Made by a program: the position numbers and the translations under genes. Below are positions 30,158 to 40,533 of a DNA stretch of 47,952 nt, piece by piece (position 1 is the stretch's first letter; each line of letters opens with the position of its first letter). The stretch comes from Planctomycetota bacterium (GTDB lineage: Bacteria > Planctomycetota > UBA11346). Location of the stretch: positions 1 through 47,952 of the forward strand of contig JBBQSO010000039.1 of assembly GCA_038213805.1 (NCBI GenBank). Reading direction: 5' to 3'. The notes beneath the pieces are model-generated. The model saw nothing but the letters and a program-made list of their open reading frames with translations. It had not been told where the DNA came from and did not search any database.

Positions 30158-32920
30158 CTACTTCCCCGGCACCTTGTTGATCGTATCGAACACTTTGTAC
30201 TCGATCGCCGCGTGCTCGGCGGATTCGATGCGCATCTCGATGCTCATCTGCATGACCGGCGCGATGCCGGGGATGGTCAGGCTCACGGACTTCTTGTCGG
30301 CGCTCAGCACCGCGGCGGTGGCGTCGACCTTGTCGTGGCCCTCCTTGGCGGGGTCGGTGACCTTGTAGTCCTTCGAGCCGTAGTTGGAGGTGTAGCGGTA
30401 GTTCCAGCGCTCGATCGCATAGTTGGCGACGTCGGCGGCGGTGGCCGGGTCGAGCGCGTGGTCGAAGCCAATGGTCACGCCGGTCGGGGTGACGTGGAAC
30501 GAGGTCGGCATCAGCACCGGCTTGCCGGTGTAGCGGATGCGCTGGAAATTGCCGTCGTGCGAGGCGCTGGTCTGCCAGCCGCGCATACCCGTGACGTACA
30601 GCGCGTGGTCGGCGCCGAAGCGGGCGCGCATGGTGCCGGAGCCGAAGCTGAGCGGGAAGAACACCATCGCGGCCTGCGGCGTGCCGTCGACCTCTTCGGG
30701 CAGCACCGCGAACATGCTGCACTTGCCGTACGAGAAGCCGATCGGCACGCCCGTGAACGGACCCCACTGGTCGTTGTTGACGTAGGCCAGGCCGCCCGGC
30801 GAATTGTCGAGGTTGTAGGGCGTCCACAGCAGCGGCGGATCGTAGGTGGTCGGCTGGGTGTCGCGGTGGGCGGTACCCATGAAGCCGTAGAAGCCGCCCT
30901 CCTTGACCAGGTTGATGCGGTCGACCGGCGTCCAGTTGCCCTGGTTGTCGGAGGTCAGCAGCGGATAGCCGTCGCCGCCGCCCAGGCCGTTGGGCTCGCG
31001 CAGGCCGGTGGCGTAGCGCGTCATGGTCTTGCCGTCCTTGCTGACCTTCAGCACGCAGCCCTGCACCTCGCTGGTGGCGTCGGTGAAGCCGGAACCGAGG
31101 TTCGAGCCCTTGGTGAAGAGGAAGTTACCCTCCTTGTCAGTTTCGAGGTCGGTGCAGAACTCGTGGTAGTGCTTGGTCACCGGCGCGTCGGCGTTGAAGC
31201 TCTCGTAGAAGTCGGCCTCGCCGTCGTTGTTGAGGTCGTGCAGGCGCACCAGGCGGTCGCGGCAGGTGACGTAGATCAGGTCATCGACGATGCGCACGCC
31301 CAGCGACTGGAACAGCCCGGTCGCGTAGCGCTTCCAGGTGATCTTGGCCAAGCCGGCGTCGATGCCCGAGACCAGCCACACGTCACCGTCCATGGTAGTC
31401 ACGGCGGCGCGCGTGCCGTCCTTGAAGAAGTCGTGGCCGGTCAGGCGCATGTAACTTTTGTAGGGGTTCTCGTACGGAACCGGGATGGAGTCGACCACGT
31501 AGGGACCATCGCCCTTGCCGAGCTCGCCGGCGACGGTGACGGTCTCGGCCCAGCGCTGCGGCCCACCCTTGGTCAGCGCCAGTGCATTCGTCGGCTTGGC
31601 GGCGGCGGCGAGGAAGGCGGTGAAGGCGGGCAGCGCGGTGCGCTCGCCCTTCCAGATCGCGACCTTGACCAGCGCGCTGCCGGCGGGGATCTGCAGGTCG
31701 AGGCGGCCGTCGATGGCGGCCACGGTGCCACCGCCACCGATCACGCCGACGGCGGTCACCGTGCCACCATTGTCGAGCACGCCGACACCGCCCTCGACCG
31801 TGGCCTTGCCGCCCTCGGCGAGCACGGTGGCGAGCGCCACGCTGTTCTTGGCGAGGCTCAGGGTGCGGGTGATCGCGTCGACCGCACCCGCGTGCTCGAA
31901 GCCGGGCACCTCGAGGATGTCGGCGCCGCCGACGCTGTAGGACAGCACGGTGGTGTCGCCATGCAGGTAGAGGCCGCGGTAACGCGCCCATTCCGCCGGC
32001 AGGTTGCCGAGGTGCTTGGCGCGCGGATCGACGACGTCGGCGCTGCCGGGCCGGCTCCAGCCGGCGAGGCCGGTGCTGGCCTGGGCGGCGAAGGTCATCT
32101 CGCCCTCGAGCTCGGGCTGGCCTTCGATGCCGTCGCGGCCAGCGGGGAAGATCATGGCGGTCTCTGGGCCGCCACAGGTCACGCGCAGCAGCTCGGTGTC
32201 GAAGACCACGCGCGCGCCGCGCGCCTTGTCCAGGGTGATGACCAGACCCTTGTTGCTGCACACGTTGCCGGGCTGGACGATGGTGCCGGCCACGAACGGA
32301 CCGTGATCCATGACCGCGTACTTGCCGGTGCCGGCAGAGGCGCCGCCCTTGAACTTCTTCCAGGCGGCCTCGTCCCAGGTGATCGCCTCGGCGCCGGCGA
32401 CGTGGCTCAGCGCACTGGCGGGGATGGCCTCCTCCTTGCCGTCGGGGGTCTTCCACAGCAGCTTGCACACCGCCTCGCCGCCGCCTTGGATGTACTCGAG
32501 CTTGAACTGGTGCGCGCCCGCGCCGAGTTCGATGGTGCCGTCCTTGCGGATAGCGGCATGGACGCCGCCGTTGTCGACCACCGGCTTGCCGTCGACGAAC
32601 AGGCGCGACCCGTCATCGGACTCGGTGGCGAAGGTGTAGAGGCCGGCCTTGGGCGCCGTGAGGCTGCCTGTCCAGCGCACACTGAAGTTCTCGTGCAGCT
32701 TGGATTTGCCGAAGTCGCCGCCGCTGGTGCTGTAGCTGACCTTGCCGTCGACGCGCACCAGGAAGGGCTTGGCGTCTTTGAGCTCGTCGGGGTAGCTGGT
32801 GGTGTCCTTGAAGAACTCGGCGACCAGCCCGGGGGCGTCGGCAGCGTGTGCAGCGCCGCCCATGCTGACCAGGATGAGGCCGGCGATGAGACGTTCGATG
32901 CTGGGGGTCGGCAGGCGCAT
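30158..32920 (-). CDS. exported PA14 + DUF6797-like + beta-propeller (sugar dehydrogenase-like) protein
   Basis: Signal peptide ending AHA; PA14 motifs FSVRWTG, ESDDGSRL, NGGVH; RGLYLHG; ATGLREPNG; DNQGNWTP. GGAG Shine-Dalgarno before ATG 32920. Confidence 0.8.
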   Translation of the reverse strand: MRLPTPSIERLIAGLILVSMGGAAHAADAPGLVAEFFKDTTSYPDELKDAKPFLVRVDGKVSYSTSGGDFGKSKLHENFSVRWTGSLTAPKAGLYTFATESDDGSRLFVDGKPVVDNGGVHAAIRKDGTIELGAGAHQFKLEYIQGGGEAVCKLLWKTPDGKEEAIPASALSHVAGAEAITWDEAAWKKFKGGASAGTGKYAVMDHGPFVAGTIVQPGNVCSNKGLVITLDKARGARVVFDTELLRVTCGGPETAMIFPAGRDGIEGQPELEGEMTFAAQASTGLAGWSRPGSADVVDPRAKHLGNLPAEWARYRGLYLHGDTTVLSYSVGGADILEVPGFEHAGAVDAITRTLSLAKNSVALATVLAEGGKATVEGGVGVLDNGGTVTAVGVIGGGGTVAAIDGRLDLQIPAGSALVKVAIWKGERTALPAFTAFLAAAAKPTNALALTKGGPQRWAETVTVAGELGKGDGPYVVDSIPVPYENPYKSYMRLTGHDFFKDGTRAAVTTMDGDVWLVSGIDAGLAKITWKRYATGLFQSLGVRIVDDLIYVTCRDRLVRLHDLNNDGEADFYESFNADAPVTKHYHEFCTDLETDKEGNFLFTKGSNLGSGFTDATSEVQGCVLKVSKDGKTMTRYATGLREPNGLGGGDGYPLLTSDNQGNWTPVDRINLVKEGGFYGFMGTAHRDTQPTTYDPPLLWTPYNLDNSPGGLAYVNNDQWGPFTGVPIGFSYGKCSMFAVLPEEVDGTPQAAMVFFPLSFGSGTMRARFGADHALYVTGMRGWQTSASHDGNFQRIRYTGKPVLMPTSFHVTPTGVTIGFDHALDPATAADVANYAIERWNYRYTSNYGSKDYKVTDPAKEGHDKVDATAAVLSADKKSVSLTIPGIAPVMQMSIEMRIESAEHAAIEYKVFDTINKVPGK

Positions 32921-32994
32921 GGGTCGGGGCTCCGGAGGACTAAGGGTGGATCGCCAAGCGGTACCAGAGGGTGCCGGCGCTGTTGAGGGAAATA

Positions 32995-33008
32995 TGGAAG
33001 CGCTCCCA
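32995..33008. promoter_or_regulatory. LacI-type operator candidate TGGAAGCGCTCCCA
   Basis: One mismatch from the TGGGAGCGCTCCCA palindrome. It abuts a possible minus-strand promoter TTGCCA(33033-33038)-N17-TCAACT, whose -10 is weak. Confidence 0.6.
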
Positions 33009-33332
33009 CAGTTGACGACGTCATACAAAAATTGGCAAGAGGGGAACCATGTCCGTGCGAGGCTGGTGGAGCAGCCGCCATGTCCACTCCCGCGGCGCAG
33101 GGCAGTCACCAACCATGCGCCCGTGCCGAGTGATGCACCAGGACCAGCCTGGACGTCGCGTTACAACCGGTTGCCGGATCTCCACTTCATTACCTCGCTG
33201 CGCCACCAGTCCCGCTTCCCCGCGGCCCTCTCCGCAAACCCGCCATCCTCGGCGGCGGCATGTTGCGCTACAACATACCCGTCCTCCCTCCGGCATCCGG
33301 GTTAGACTTCTCCACTGGCCCCGACCTCGACC

Positions 33333-35825
33333 ATGACCGCCATGCCCGTGCCCATTCTGCTCTTCGCCATGCTGTTCGTGACCGCGCTGGCGGGCGCGCC
33401 GCTGTGCGCCGAGAGCGCCGCCGACCGCGAGCGACTCGCCAAAGGCGCCGCCGCGACCTTCGAGCACGACATCCGGCCGCTGCTCGCGCGCTACTGCGCC
33501 GAGTGCCACGGCAAGGATAAGCAGAAGGGCGACGTCGACTTCTCACACCTCGCCACCGGCGCGGCCGCGCTCAGCGAGCGCACGCTGTGGAAGTCGGTGC
33601 GCGAGCAGCTCGGCAACGGCGTCATGCCGCCGCCCAAGCAGAAGCAGCAGCCGGACGCCGCCGAGCGCGAGGCCCTATTGACCTGGATCCGCACGCTGCG
33701 CGCTCTCGACGCGCCCGATCCCGGCCGCGTCACCGCGCGCCGCCTGAACCGCGCCGAATACGACAACACGATGCGCGACCTGCTCGGACTCGACGCCAAG
33801 CCGGCGGCGGACTTCCCCTTCGACGACGTCGGCAGCGGCTTCGACAACAACGGCGATGTGCTGTCGATCTCGCCGCTGCTCATGGAAAAGTACCTGGTCG
33901 CCGCTGACGCGCTGCTCGACAAGGTGGTGGTCGACGACCAGCTGAGCATGAGCGTGTTCGGAGTCGAGATGGCCGCGACCGTTGACGGCCGAAGCGAAGC
34001 CGGCCGGCCGGTGTCGACCGGGACGGCGAACCAGAAAGACAAGGAGACCGCCGAGTCGCGCGAGGCGCGCCGCCGCATCTTCACCGGCCCCGGCGAGGTC
34101 GCGACCACCTTCACCGCGCCCAAGGACGGGCGCTACACCATCAAGGTGCGCGCCGGCGGCGAGGCGGCGGGCGGCGAGCCGATCGCCCTCGCGGTCAAGG
34201 TCGACGGCCAGCTCGTCGGCGAGGCGCGCGTCACCGTCGGCCTGCGCTCGCCCACCGCCTATTCGGTGACCACCCCGCTCGGCGCCGGCGTGCGCACCCT
34301 GACGGTGATCTGGATGAACCCGAACAGCGAGCCGCCAGCGCCGCCGGGGTCCAGCGCGACGCCCGCGGCGCCTGCGGCCCCCGCGCCGGCCAAGCCTGCG
34401 AAGCCGGGGACGGCCAAGCCCGCGACCGCGAGCACCCCCAAGGCCGCCAGGACCGGCGCGACCAAAGAGCGCGCCCTGGCCATCGACGGCATCGACATCA
34501 TCGGCCCGCCCGCGGGCATGCCCAGCGAGCTGCACAAGCGCCTGTTCGTGGCCGTGCCGGGCAAGGATCTCGAGCGCAAGGCCGCCGCCCAGCGCATCGC
34601 CGAACGCTTCGCGCTGCGCGCCTTCCGCCGCCCGGCCAGCGACGAGCAGATCGAACGCCTGCTGCGGGTCTTCGCGCTCGCTGACGCCCAGGGCGAGGTT
34701 TTCAGCGAAGCGATCAAGCTGATGCTGAAGGCCGCGCTGATCTCGCCAGAGTTCTTCTTCCGCATCGAGGACGACCACCCGGCCGACAGCGCCGGGATCT
34801 ACGCGATCGACGACTGGGAGCTGGCCACGCGCCTGTCCTACTTCCTGTGGTCGACGATGCCCGACGAGGAGCTCTTCACCCAGGCCCGCTCCGGCAAGCT
34901 GCACGAGCCCATGGTGCTCGAGGCGCAGGTGCGGCGCATGCTGAAGGACACGAAGAGCCGCGCCCTGGTCGACAACTTCGCCGGCCAGTGGCTGCAGCTG
35001 CGCAATATCTTCATCGCCACCCCCGACCAGAAGGCCTTCCCGGAGTTCACCAAGGATGTCCGCCAGGCGATGTACGACGAGGGAGCGCTGTTCTTCGACG
35101 CCATCCTGCACGAGGACCGCAGCATGCTGGAGTTCATCGACTCGGACTGGACCTTCCTCAACGCCCGCCTCGCGAAGTTCTACGGCATCGCCGGCGTCGA
35201 GGGCACAGCGATGAAGAAGGTCCAGCTCAGCGACCCCAACCGCGGCGGGGTGATCACCCTGGGCGCGTTGCTGACTGTGACCTCGACGCCGACGCGCACC
35301 AGCCCGGTCAAGCGCGGCAAGTGGGTGCTGGAGGAGATCCTGGGCACGCCACCGCCGCCGCCGCCCGCGGTGGTGCCGCCGATCGAGGACCAGGAGCGCA
35401 AGGACGGCGGCAAGCAGACCATGCGCCAGATGCTGGTGCGCCACCGTGCGGACCCGGGCTGCGCCTCGTGCCACGTGACCATGGATGCGATCGGCTTCGG
35501 CTTCGAGAACTTCGACGTCGTCGGACGCTGGCGCGACCACGACACCGGCGGCCCCATCGACAGCGCCGGCGAGCTGCCCGGCGGCCGGCGCTTCAGCGGA
35601 CCGGCGCAGCTCAAGAAGCTGTTCATGGAGCGCAAGGACGACTTCGTGCGCGTGTTCACCGGCAAGCTCATGACCTATGCGCTCGGCCGGCGCATGGAGG
35701 ATCCCGACGAAGCGGTGATCGACCGCATCGCCGCGGCGGTCGCTGCCGACGGCTACCGCATGAGCCGCCTGATCATCGAGCTCACCCGCAGCTACCCCTT
35801 CCTCAACCGCCGCCTCGCCCGCTAA
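33333..35825 (+). CDS. DUF1592-family planctomycete cytochrome c protein (PSCyt/DUF1587/1595/1592/1588/1585)
   Basis: CAECH; RRLNRAEYDNTMRDLLG; RAFRRP; LATRLSYFLWSTMPD; TSPVKRGKWVL; CASCH. Confidence 0.9.
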   Translation: MTAMPVPILLFAMLFVTALAGAPLCAESAADRERLAKGAAATFEHDIRPLLARYCAECHGKDKQKGDVDFSHLATGAAALSERTLWKSVREQLGNGVMPPPKQKQQPDAAEREALLTWIRTLRALDAPDPGRVTARRLNRAEYDNTMRDLLGLDAKPAADFPFDDVGSGFDNNGDVLSISPLLMEKYLVAADALLDKVVVDDQLSMSVFGVEMAATVDGRSEAGRPVSTGTANQKDKETAESREARRRIFTGPGEVATTFTAPKDGRYTIKVRAGGEAAGGEPIALAVKVDGQLVGEARVTVGLRSPTAYSVTTPLGAGVRTLTVIWMNPNSEPPAPPGSSATPAAPAAPAPAKPAKPGTAKPATASTPKAARTGATKERALAIDGIDIIGPPAGMPSELHKRLFVAVPGKDLERKAAAQRIAERFALRAFRRPASDEQIERLLRVFALADAQGEVFSEAIKLMLKAALISPEFFFRIEDDHPADSAGIYAIDDWELATRLSYFLWSTMPDEELFTQARSGKLHEPMVLEAQVRRMLKDTKSRALVDNFAGQWLQLRNIFIATPDQKAFPEFTKDVRQAMYDEGALFFDAILHEDRSMLEFIDSDWTFLNARLAKFYGIAGVEGTAMKKVQLSDPNRGGVITLGALLTVTSTPTRTSPVKRGKWVLEEILGTPPPPPPAVVPPIEDQERKDGGKQTMRQMLVRHRADPGCASCHVTMDAIGFGFENFDVVGRWRDHDTGGPIDSAGELPGGRRFSGPAQLKKLFMERKDDFVRVFTGKLMTYALGRRMEDPDEAVIDRIAAAVAADGYRMSRLIIELTRSYPFLNRRLAR

Positions 35826-35838
35826 CAAGGACGCTGCC

Positions 35839-37266
35839 ATGCATCCGCATACCCGCCGCTGGCTCCTGCCCCGCCGCACCCTGCTCAAGGGTGTCGGCGC
35901 GGCCCTCGCCCTGCCGCTGCTCGAGACCATGGGCTGGGCCGATCCGCCCCGCGCCGGTGGCGCCTACCGGCCGCCGGTGCGTCTGGCCTTCCTCTACGAG
36001 CCCAACGGAGTGATCCCCGAGCACTTCTGGCCTAAGGACGAGAACATCGGCCAGGGCGCCCCCCTGCCGTCGACGCTTGAGCCGCTGCGCCCGCACCTGG
36101 GCGAGACCCTGATCCTGGGCGGCCTGAGCCACAAGAACGGCAGCGGCGACGCGCCCGGCACGCATGCGCGCGAGGCGGGCACCTACCTCACTGGGACGCG
36201 CATCGCGATCAACGCGGTCAAGACCGGGATCTCGGTCGACCAGGCGATCGCCCAGAAGATCGGCGCCTACACCGCGCTGCCCTCGCTTGAGCTCGGCACC
36301 ATGCCGGCGCCCGCTGCCGGTGACTGCACCGCGGGCTACAGCTGCGCCTATTTCAACTTGTCGTGGCGCTCATCGACCCAGCCGATGCCGAAAGAGATCA
36401 ACCCGCGCGCCGTGCTCGAGCGCCTGTTCTCGTCGCGCAAATCACGTCCGGCGCGGCGCCCGGTGGCAGGCGCCGACACCGGAAAATACGTGGTCGCCGC
36501 CGATGCCGATGCCGCGGCCGGCCCGTCGCTCGACCAGAGCATGGTCGACATCGTCATGGACAGCGCCAAGAAGCTGCGCGAGCGCATCAGCGGCAATGAC
36601 CAGCACAAGCTCGACGAGTACCTCGACGGCATGCGCTCGCTCGAGAGCCGCATCCAGGCGATCGAGAAGCAGGCCGCCGACCAGGCGCAGAACGCGGTGG
36701 CCAAGAAGTCCTACAAGACCTCGCCGCTGATCGAGGTGAAGGCCACCGCGATCCCCGACAAGTTCCACGAGCACGTGCAGCTGCTGATGGACCTCATCAT
36801 CCTCGCCTTCCAGAGCGACACCACGCGCATCACCACCTTCATGATGGGCCAGATGTACCGCGCGCGCGGCTTCCCCGAGATCGGCATCAGCGACGACCAC
36901 CACTCGCTGTCACACCATTTCGACAAGCCCGAGCTCAAGGAGAAGCTGCGCAGGATCGACGCCTACTACATGGAGCAGTTCGTCTACATGATCAAGCGCA
37001 TGAAGGGCCTCAGCGAAGGCCCCGGCACGCTGCTCGACAACTGCATGCTGGTCTACGGCGCCGGCCTGGGCAACGGCTTCTCGCACAGCCCGGACAACTT
37101 GCCGACGATCATCGCCGGCAAGGGCGGCGGCACCATCCGCCAGGGCCGCTACGTGGCCAAGTGCAAGGGCAACATGAGCGACCTGCTCATCGGCCTCGCC
37201 GGGCGCATGGGCGTCGAGCTGCCGAATTTCGGTGACGGGACCAAGGCCCTGCCCGACCTGGCGTGA
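35839..37266 (+). CDS. DUF1552-family protein (Tat signal)
   Basis: RRTLLKG; PVRLAFLY.PNG; ISVDQAIA; SLELG; AFQSD.TR; HHSLSHH; TLLDN. Confidence 0.9.
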   Translation: MHPHTRRWLLPRRTLLKGVGAALALPLLETMGWADPPRAGGAYRPPVRLAFLYEPNGVIPEHFWPKDENIGQGAPLPSTLEPLRPHLGETLILGGLSHKNGSGDAPGTHAREAGTYLTGTRIAINAVKTGISVDQAIAQKIGAYTALPSLELGTMPAPAAGDCTAGYSCAYFNLSWRSSTQPMPKEINPRAVLERLFSSRKSRPARRPVAGADTGKYVVAADADAAAGPSLDQSMVDIVMDSAKKLRERISGNDQHKLDEYLDGMRSLESRIQAIEKQAADQAQNAVAKKSYKTSPLIEVKATAIPDKFHEHVQLLMDLIILAFQSDTTRITTFMMGQMYRARGFPEIGISDDHHSLSHHFDKPELKEKLRRIDAYYMEQFVYMIKRMKGLSEGPGTLLDNCMLVYGAGLGNGFSHSPDNLPTIIAGKGGGTIRQGRYVAKCKGNMSDLLIGLAGRMGVELPNFGDGTKALPDLA

Positions 37267-37271
37267 CCGAC

Positions 37272-37408
37272 AGTCCGGAAGTCCGGAAGTCCGGAAGTCT
37301 CGTGCTGAAGGGCGATGCGCCTGTCGCGCCAACGAGGGCGTGGGCCGTGGACGTTTCGCCAGGCCGGGCTCGTGCCGTCGATCATCAGGACTTCCGGACT
37401 TCCGGACT
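37272..37408. repeat. inverted tandem-repeat element, AGTCCGGA unit
   Basis: (AGTCCGGA)3AGTC at 37272-37299. Bases 37389-37408 are the perfect reverse complement of 37280-37299. Confidence 0.9.
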
Positions 37409-37414
37409 CTTCCC

Positions 37415-38557
37415 TCACTGCTGCTGCGGGAAGCCGAGCGGGAGCGTGATGTTGACCGCGAACTCGCCGGTGCCGTCGAAGACGTGGGCGCGGCGGGTGT
37501 CGACGGCGATCTGCACCTGTGCACCGGGCTGGACGCGGTGATGGGCGTCGCACTTCATCACCAGCGCGGCGTCGCCGGCGGCACGCAAGTGGACGCACTG
37601 GTGGTCGCCCATCAGCTCGGCGAGCCGCACCTGCATGGGCAGGACGGTTGCGCCCGGGGCCGGCGCGGCATAGGCGACGTTGGTGAGGTGCTCGGGGCGC
37701 ACGCCGAGCACTGCCGGGCGACTGGCCATATCGCGCAAACGGCCCAGCTCGGGCATCGCCAGGCCGAGCTCGCCCCCGCCTTCTGGCCGGAATGACCAGT
37801 CCCCACCCGTTGCGATGCACGCACCGGACAGGACGTTCATCGCCGGCGCGCCAATGAAGCCCGCGACAAAGCGGTTGTAGGGATGGTCGTAGATCACCCC
37901 CGGCGGCGCGACCTGCTGGATCGCGCCGGCCGACATCACCGTAATGCGGTCGCCCAGGGTCATCGCCTCGATCTGGTCATGGGTGACGTAGATCATGGTG
38001 GTCTGCAGGCGCTGCTGCAGGGTCTTGAGTTCGAAGCGCATGTCGGCGCGCAGCTTGGCGTCGAGATTGGAGAGCGGCTCGTCGAACAGGAAGACCTGGG
38101 GCTGTCTGACGATGGCGCGGCCGAGAGCGACGCGCTGGCGCTGGCCGCCGGAGAGCTGGGCGGGCCGGCGCTCGAGCTGCTCGCCGAGTCCGAGCAGCTG
38201 CGCAGCGGCGCGCACCTGCGCATCGACGCGCGCCTTGGGCACACCGCGCAGGATCAGGCCGTACGCCATGTTGCGGTAGACGGTCATGTGCGGGTAGAGC
38301 GCGTAGTTCTGGAAGACCATGGCGATGTCCCGGTCCTTCGGTTCGACCTCGTTGACGCGCCGCGCGCCGATGCGGATCTCGCCGCCACTGGCGTCCTCCA
38401 GCCCGGCGATCATGCGCAGCGTGGTGGTCTTGCCGCATCCTGACGGCCCGACCAGGACCATGAACTCACGGTCGCGGACGTGCAGAGTGACGCCTTTAAC
38501 GGCCGGGAAGCCGTTGGCGTAGGTCTTGTCCAGATCGACCAGATCGATTTCAGCCAT
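37415..38557 (-). CDS. sugar ABC transporter ATP-binding protein (MalK/UgpC family)
   Basis: [41 protein letters not shown] and a C-terminal TOBE region with LGVRPE. Confidence 0.95.
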   Translation of the reverse strand: MAEIDLVDLDKTYANGFPAVKGVTLHVRDREFMVLVGPSGCGKTTTLRMIAGLEDASGGEIRIGARRVNEVEPKDRDIAMVFQNYALYPHMTVYRNMAYGLILRGVPKARVDAQVRAAAQLLGLGEQLERRPAQLSGGQRQRVALGRAIVRQPQVFLFDEPLSNLDAKLRADMRFELKTLQQRLQTTMIYVTHDQIEAMTLGDRITVMSAGAIQQVAPPGVIYDHPYNRFVAGFIGAPAMNVLSGACIATGGDWSFRPEGGGELGLAMPELGRLRDMASRPAVLGVRPEHLTNVAYAAPAPGATVLPMQVRLAELMGDHQCVHLRAAGDAALVMKCDAHHRVQPGAQVQIAVDTRRAHVFDGTGEFAVNITLPLGFPQQQ

Positions 38558-38575
38558 GCCGACTTCCTGACACCG

Positions 38576-38732
38576 CCGGGTGCGGAGTGCGGAGTGCGGG
38601 ATGCGGGGTACGAAAACCTCGTGGGCTCTGGAAAGCCGCGAAGCCCATGAGCGGCGGGACAGACATGGTGGAACCCGGCGACATCGTGGCGGCACCGCAC
38701 TCCGCACGCCGCACGCCGCACGCCGCACCCGG
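38576..38732. repeat. inverted tandem-repeat element, GTGCGGA/GTGCGGC unit
   Basis: CCGGGTGCGGAGTGCGGAGTGCGGGATGCGGGG (38576-38608) versus CCGCACTCCGCACGCCGCACGCCGCACGCCGCACCCGG (38695-38732). Confidence 0.88.
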
Positions 38733-38740
38733 TGAATGGC

Positions 38741-39622
38741 TCATCTCAACCCCGTGGTCTTCACACCCTGGATGAAGGTCTTCTGGGCAAGCAGGAACAG
38801 GCCGACGACCGGCAGGACCATCAGCGTGGCCACCGCCATCAGCTGCCCGTACTCGCTATGGTACTGGGTGCGGAACATCGCCAGGCCCAGGCTGAGCGTG
38901 TACTTGTCCTGGTCGGCGAGGTAGATCAGCGGACCCAGGAAGTCGTTCCACGCACCGAGGAAGGCGAACAGCGCGACAGTCGCCACGGCCGGCAGCGACA
39001 GCGGCATGACGATGGTCGCCCAGATGCGCAGTTCGCCGGCGCCGTCCATGCGCGCGGCCTCGACCAGTTCGCGCGGAACGCCCAGGAAGAACTGACGGAA
39101 GAGGAAGATGAAGAACGGCACGCCGAGGAAGGCCGGGACGATCAGCGGTGCGTAGGTGTTGACCAGACCGAGATCGCGCCAGATGCGGAACACCGGGACC
39201 ATCGTCACTTGCGCGGGCAGCATCATGGTAGCAAGCATGATGTGGAAGAGCGGGTCGCGCCAGCGCCAGCGCAGGATGGCGAAACCGTAGGCGACCAGCG
39301 AACTGGACAGCACCGCGCCCACCACCGTGCAGACGCATACCAGCACGGTGTTGCGCAGGAACAGCGGCACCGGCACGCGCTTTATGCCATGCGTGTAGTT
39401 GTCGAGGGTCGGCTGATACGCGAGGTGACGGCCGGTGACGCGATCGATGGCTTCTGCCGCGCCCTGCGGCGCCGGCAACACACCGGGATCAATGCGCGCG
39501 CGCTCGCGGTCGCTTTGCAGCGACATTGTGACCTGCCAGGCGAAAGGCATGACGAAGGTCAAGGCCAGCACCGCGAGCAGCAGGTGGGCGCCGAAGCGCG
39601 CCAGCGGCGAGGTCCGGCTCAT
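38741..39622 (-). CDS. carbohydrate ABC transporter permease (MalG-like)
   Basis: EAA loop PRELVEAARMDGA; WNDFLGPL. Confidence 0.93.
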   Translation of the reverse strand: MSRTSPLARFGAHLLLAVLALTFVMPFAWQVTMSLQSDRERARIDPGVLPAPQGAAEAIDRVTGRHLAYQPTLDNYTHGIKRVPVPLFLRNTVLVCVCTVVGAVLSSSLVAYGFAILRWRWRDPLFHIMLATMMLPAQVTMVPVFRIWRDLGLVNTYAPLIVPAFLGVPFFIFLFRQFFLGVPRELVEAARMDGAGELRIWATIVMPLSLPAVATVALFAFLGAWNDFLGPLIYLADQDKYTLSLGLAMFRTQYHSEYGQLMAVATLMVLPVVGLFLLAQKTFIQGVKTTGLR

Positions 39623-40533
39623 CCCCCCTCTCCATCATGGTACACGAAGCGCCGCGTGGCGCGGAAGGCAAGCCAGGTGGCGGCGATGATGACCAGGAAC
39701 AGCACCCATGCCTGGGCCGAGGCGTAGCCCATGCGCAGGAACACGAAGGCGTTGATGAAGATGTAGGTGGCGAAGAACGTGGCGCTGTCGGCCGGCCCTC
39801 CGTTCGGCCAAATCACCATTGGGTGGGCGAACACCTGGAAGGCGCCGATCAGGCCCATGATCAGGGTGAAAAACAGCACCGGCGAGATCATCGGTAGGGT
39901 TACGTGGCGGACCTTGGCCCAGGCGCCAGCACCGTCAACCTCAGCCGCTTCGCAAAGGTGGCGCGGCACATCGCCGAGCGCGGCGAGATAGAGGATCACG
40001 TTCCCGCCTACGCCCCACGCCGACATGATCAGCAGCGCCGGCAACACCCAGTGCGGATCGTTGATCCAGCCCGGCGGGGCGAGATGCGCCCCCGTTAGGT
40101 GGTTGAGCGCCGACAGCAGCGGGCGCAGGCAGATGTTGATGAAGCCGTAGTCGGCGTTGAAAAGCCACAGCCACAGCACCCCGGAGGCGACCACCGGAAC
40201 GATGCTAGGCAGGAAGAACAGCGCGCGGTAGAGCGCCTGGCCGCGCAGCTTCAGATGCAGCAGCAAGGCAAGCAGCAGCGCCAGGCCCATGGTCAGCGGC
40301 ACGACCAGGGCTGCGAACACCACGGTGTTCCACGCCGCTTGCAAGAAGTGCGGGTCGTGGGCCAGTTCGCGGTAGTTGTCCAAACCCACGAACACCGGCG
40401 GCGTGATCAGGTCGTAGGCGCAGAAGCTGTACCACAGCGAGGCGAGCAGCGGGTAGGCGCTGAACACCACGAAGCCAAGCAGGAACGGGCTGGTGAACAG
40501 CAGCCCGAGGCGGTTTTCGCGGCTGACCTTCAC
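39619..40533 (-). CDS. carbohydrate ABC transporter permease (MalF-like)
   Basis: FVGLDNY, FFLPSIVP, EAAEVDGA, GYASA; overlaps both neighbours by 4 nt. Confidence 0.93.
   Translation of the reverse strand: MKVSRENRLGLLFTSPFLLGFVVFSAYPLLASLWYSFCAYDLITPPVFVGLDNYRELAHDPHFLQAAWNTVVFAALVVPLTMGLALLLALLLHLKLRGQALYRALFFLPSIVPVVASGVLWLWLFNADYGFINICLRPLLSALNHLTGAHLAPPGWINDPHWVLPALLIMSAWGVGGNVILYLAALGDVPRHLCEAAEVDGAGAWAKVRHVTLPMISPVLFFTLIMGLIGAFQVFAHPMVIWPNGGPADSATFFATYIFINAFVFLRMGYASAQAWVLFLVIIAATWLAFRATRRFVYHDGEGG

Noticed and set aside
29549..32986. 1145-aa plus-strand ORF
   Set aside because: Mostly the antisense shadow of the PA14 gene in high-GC DNA; only the first part is an adhesin remnant.
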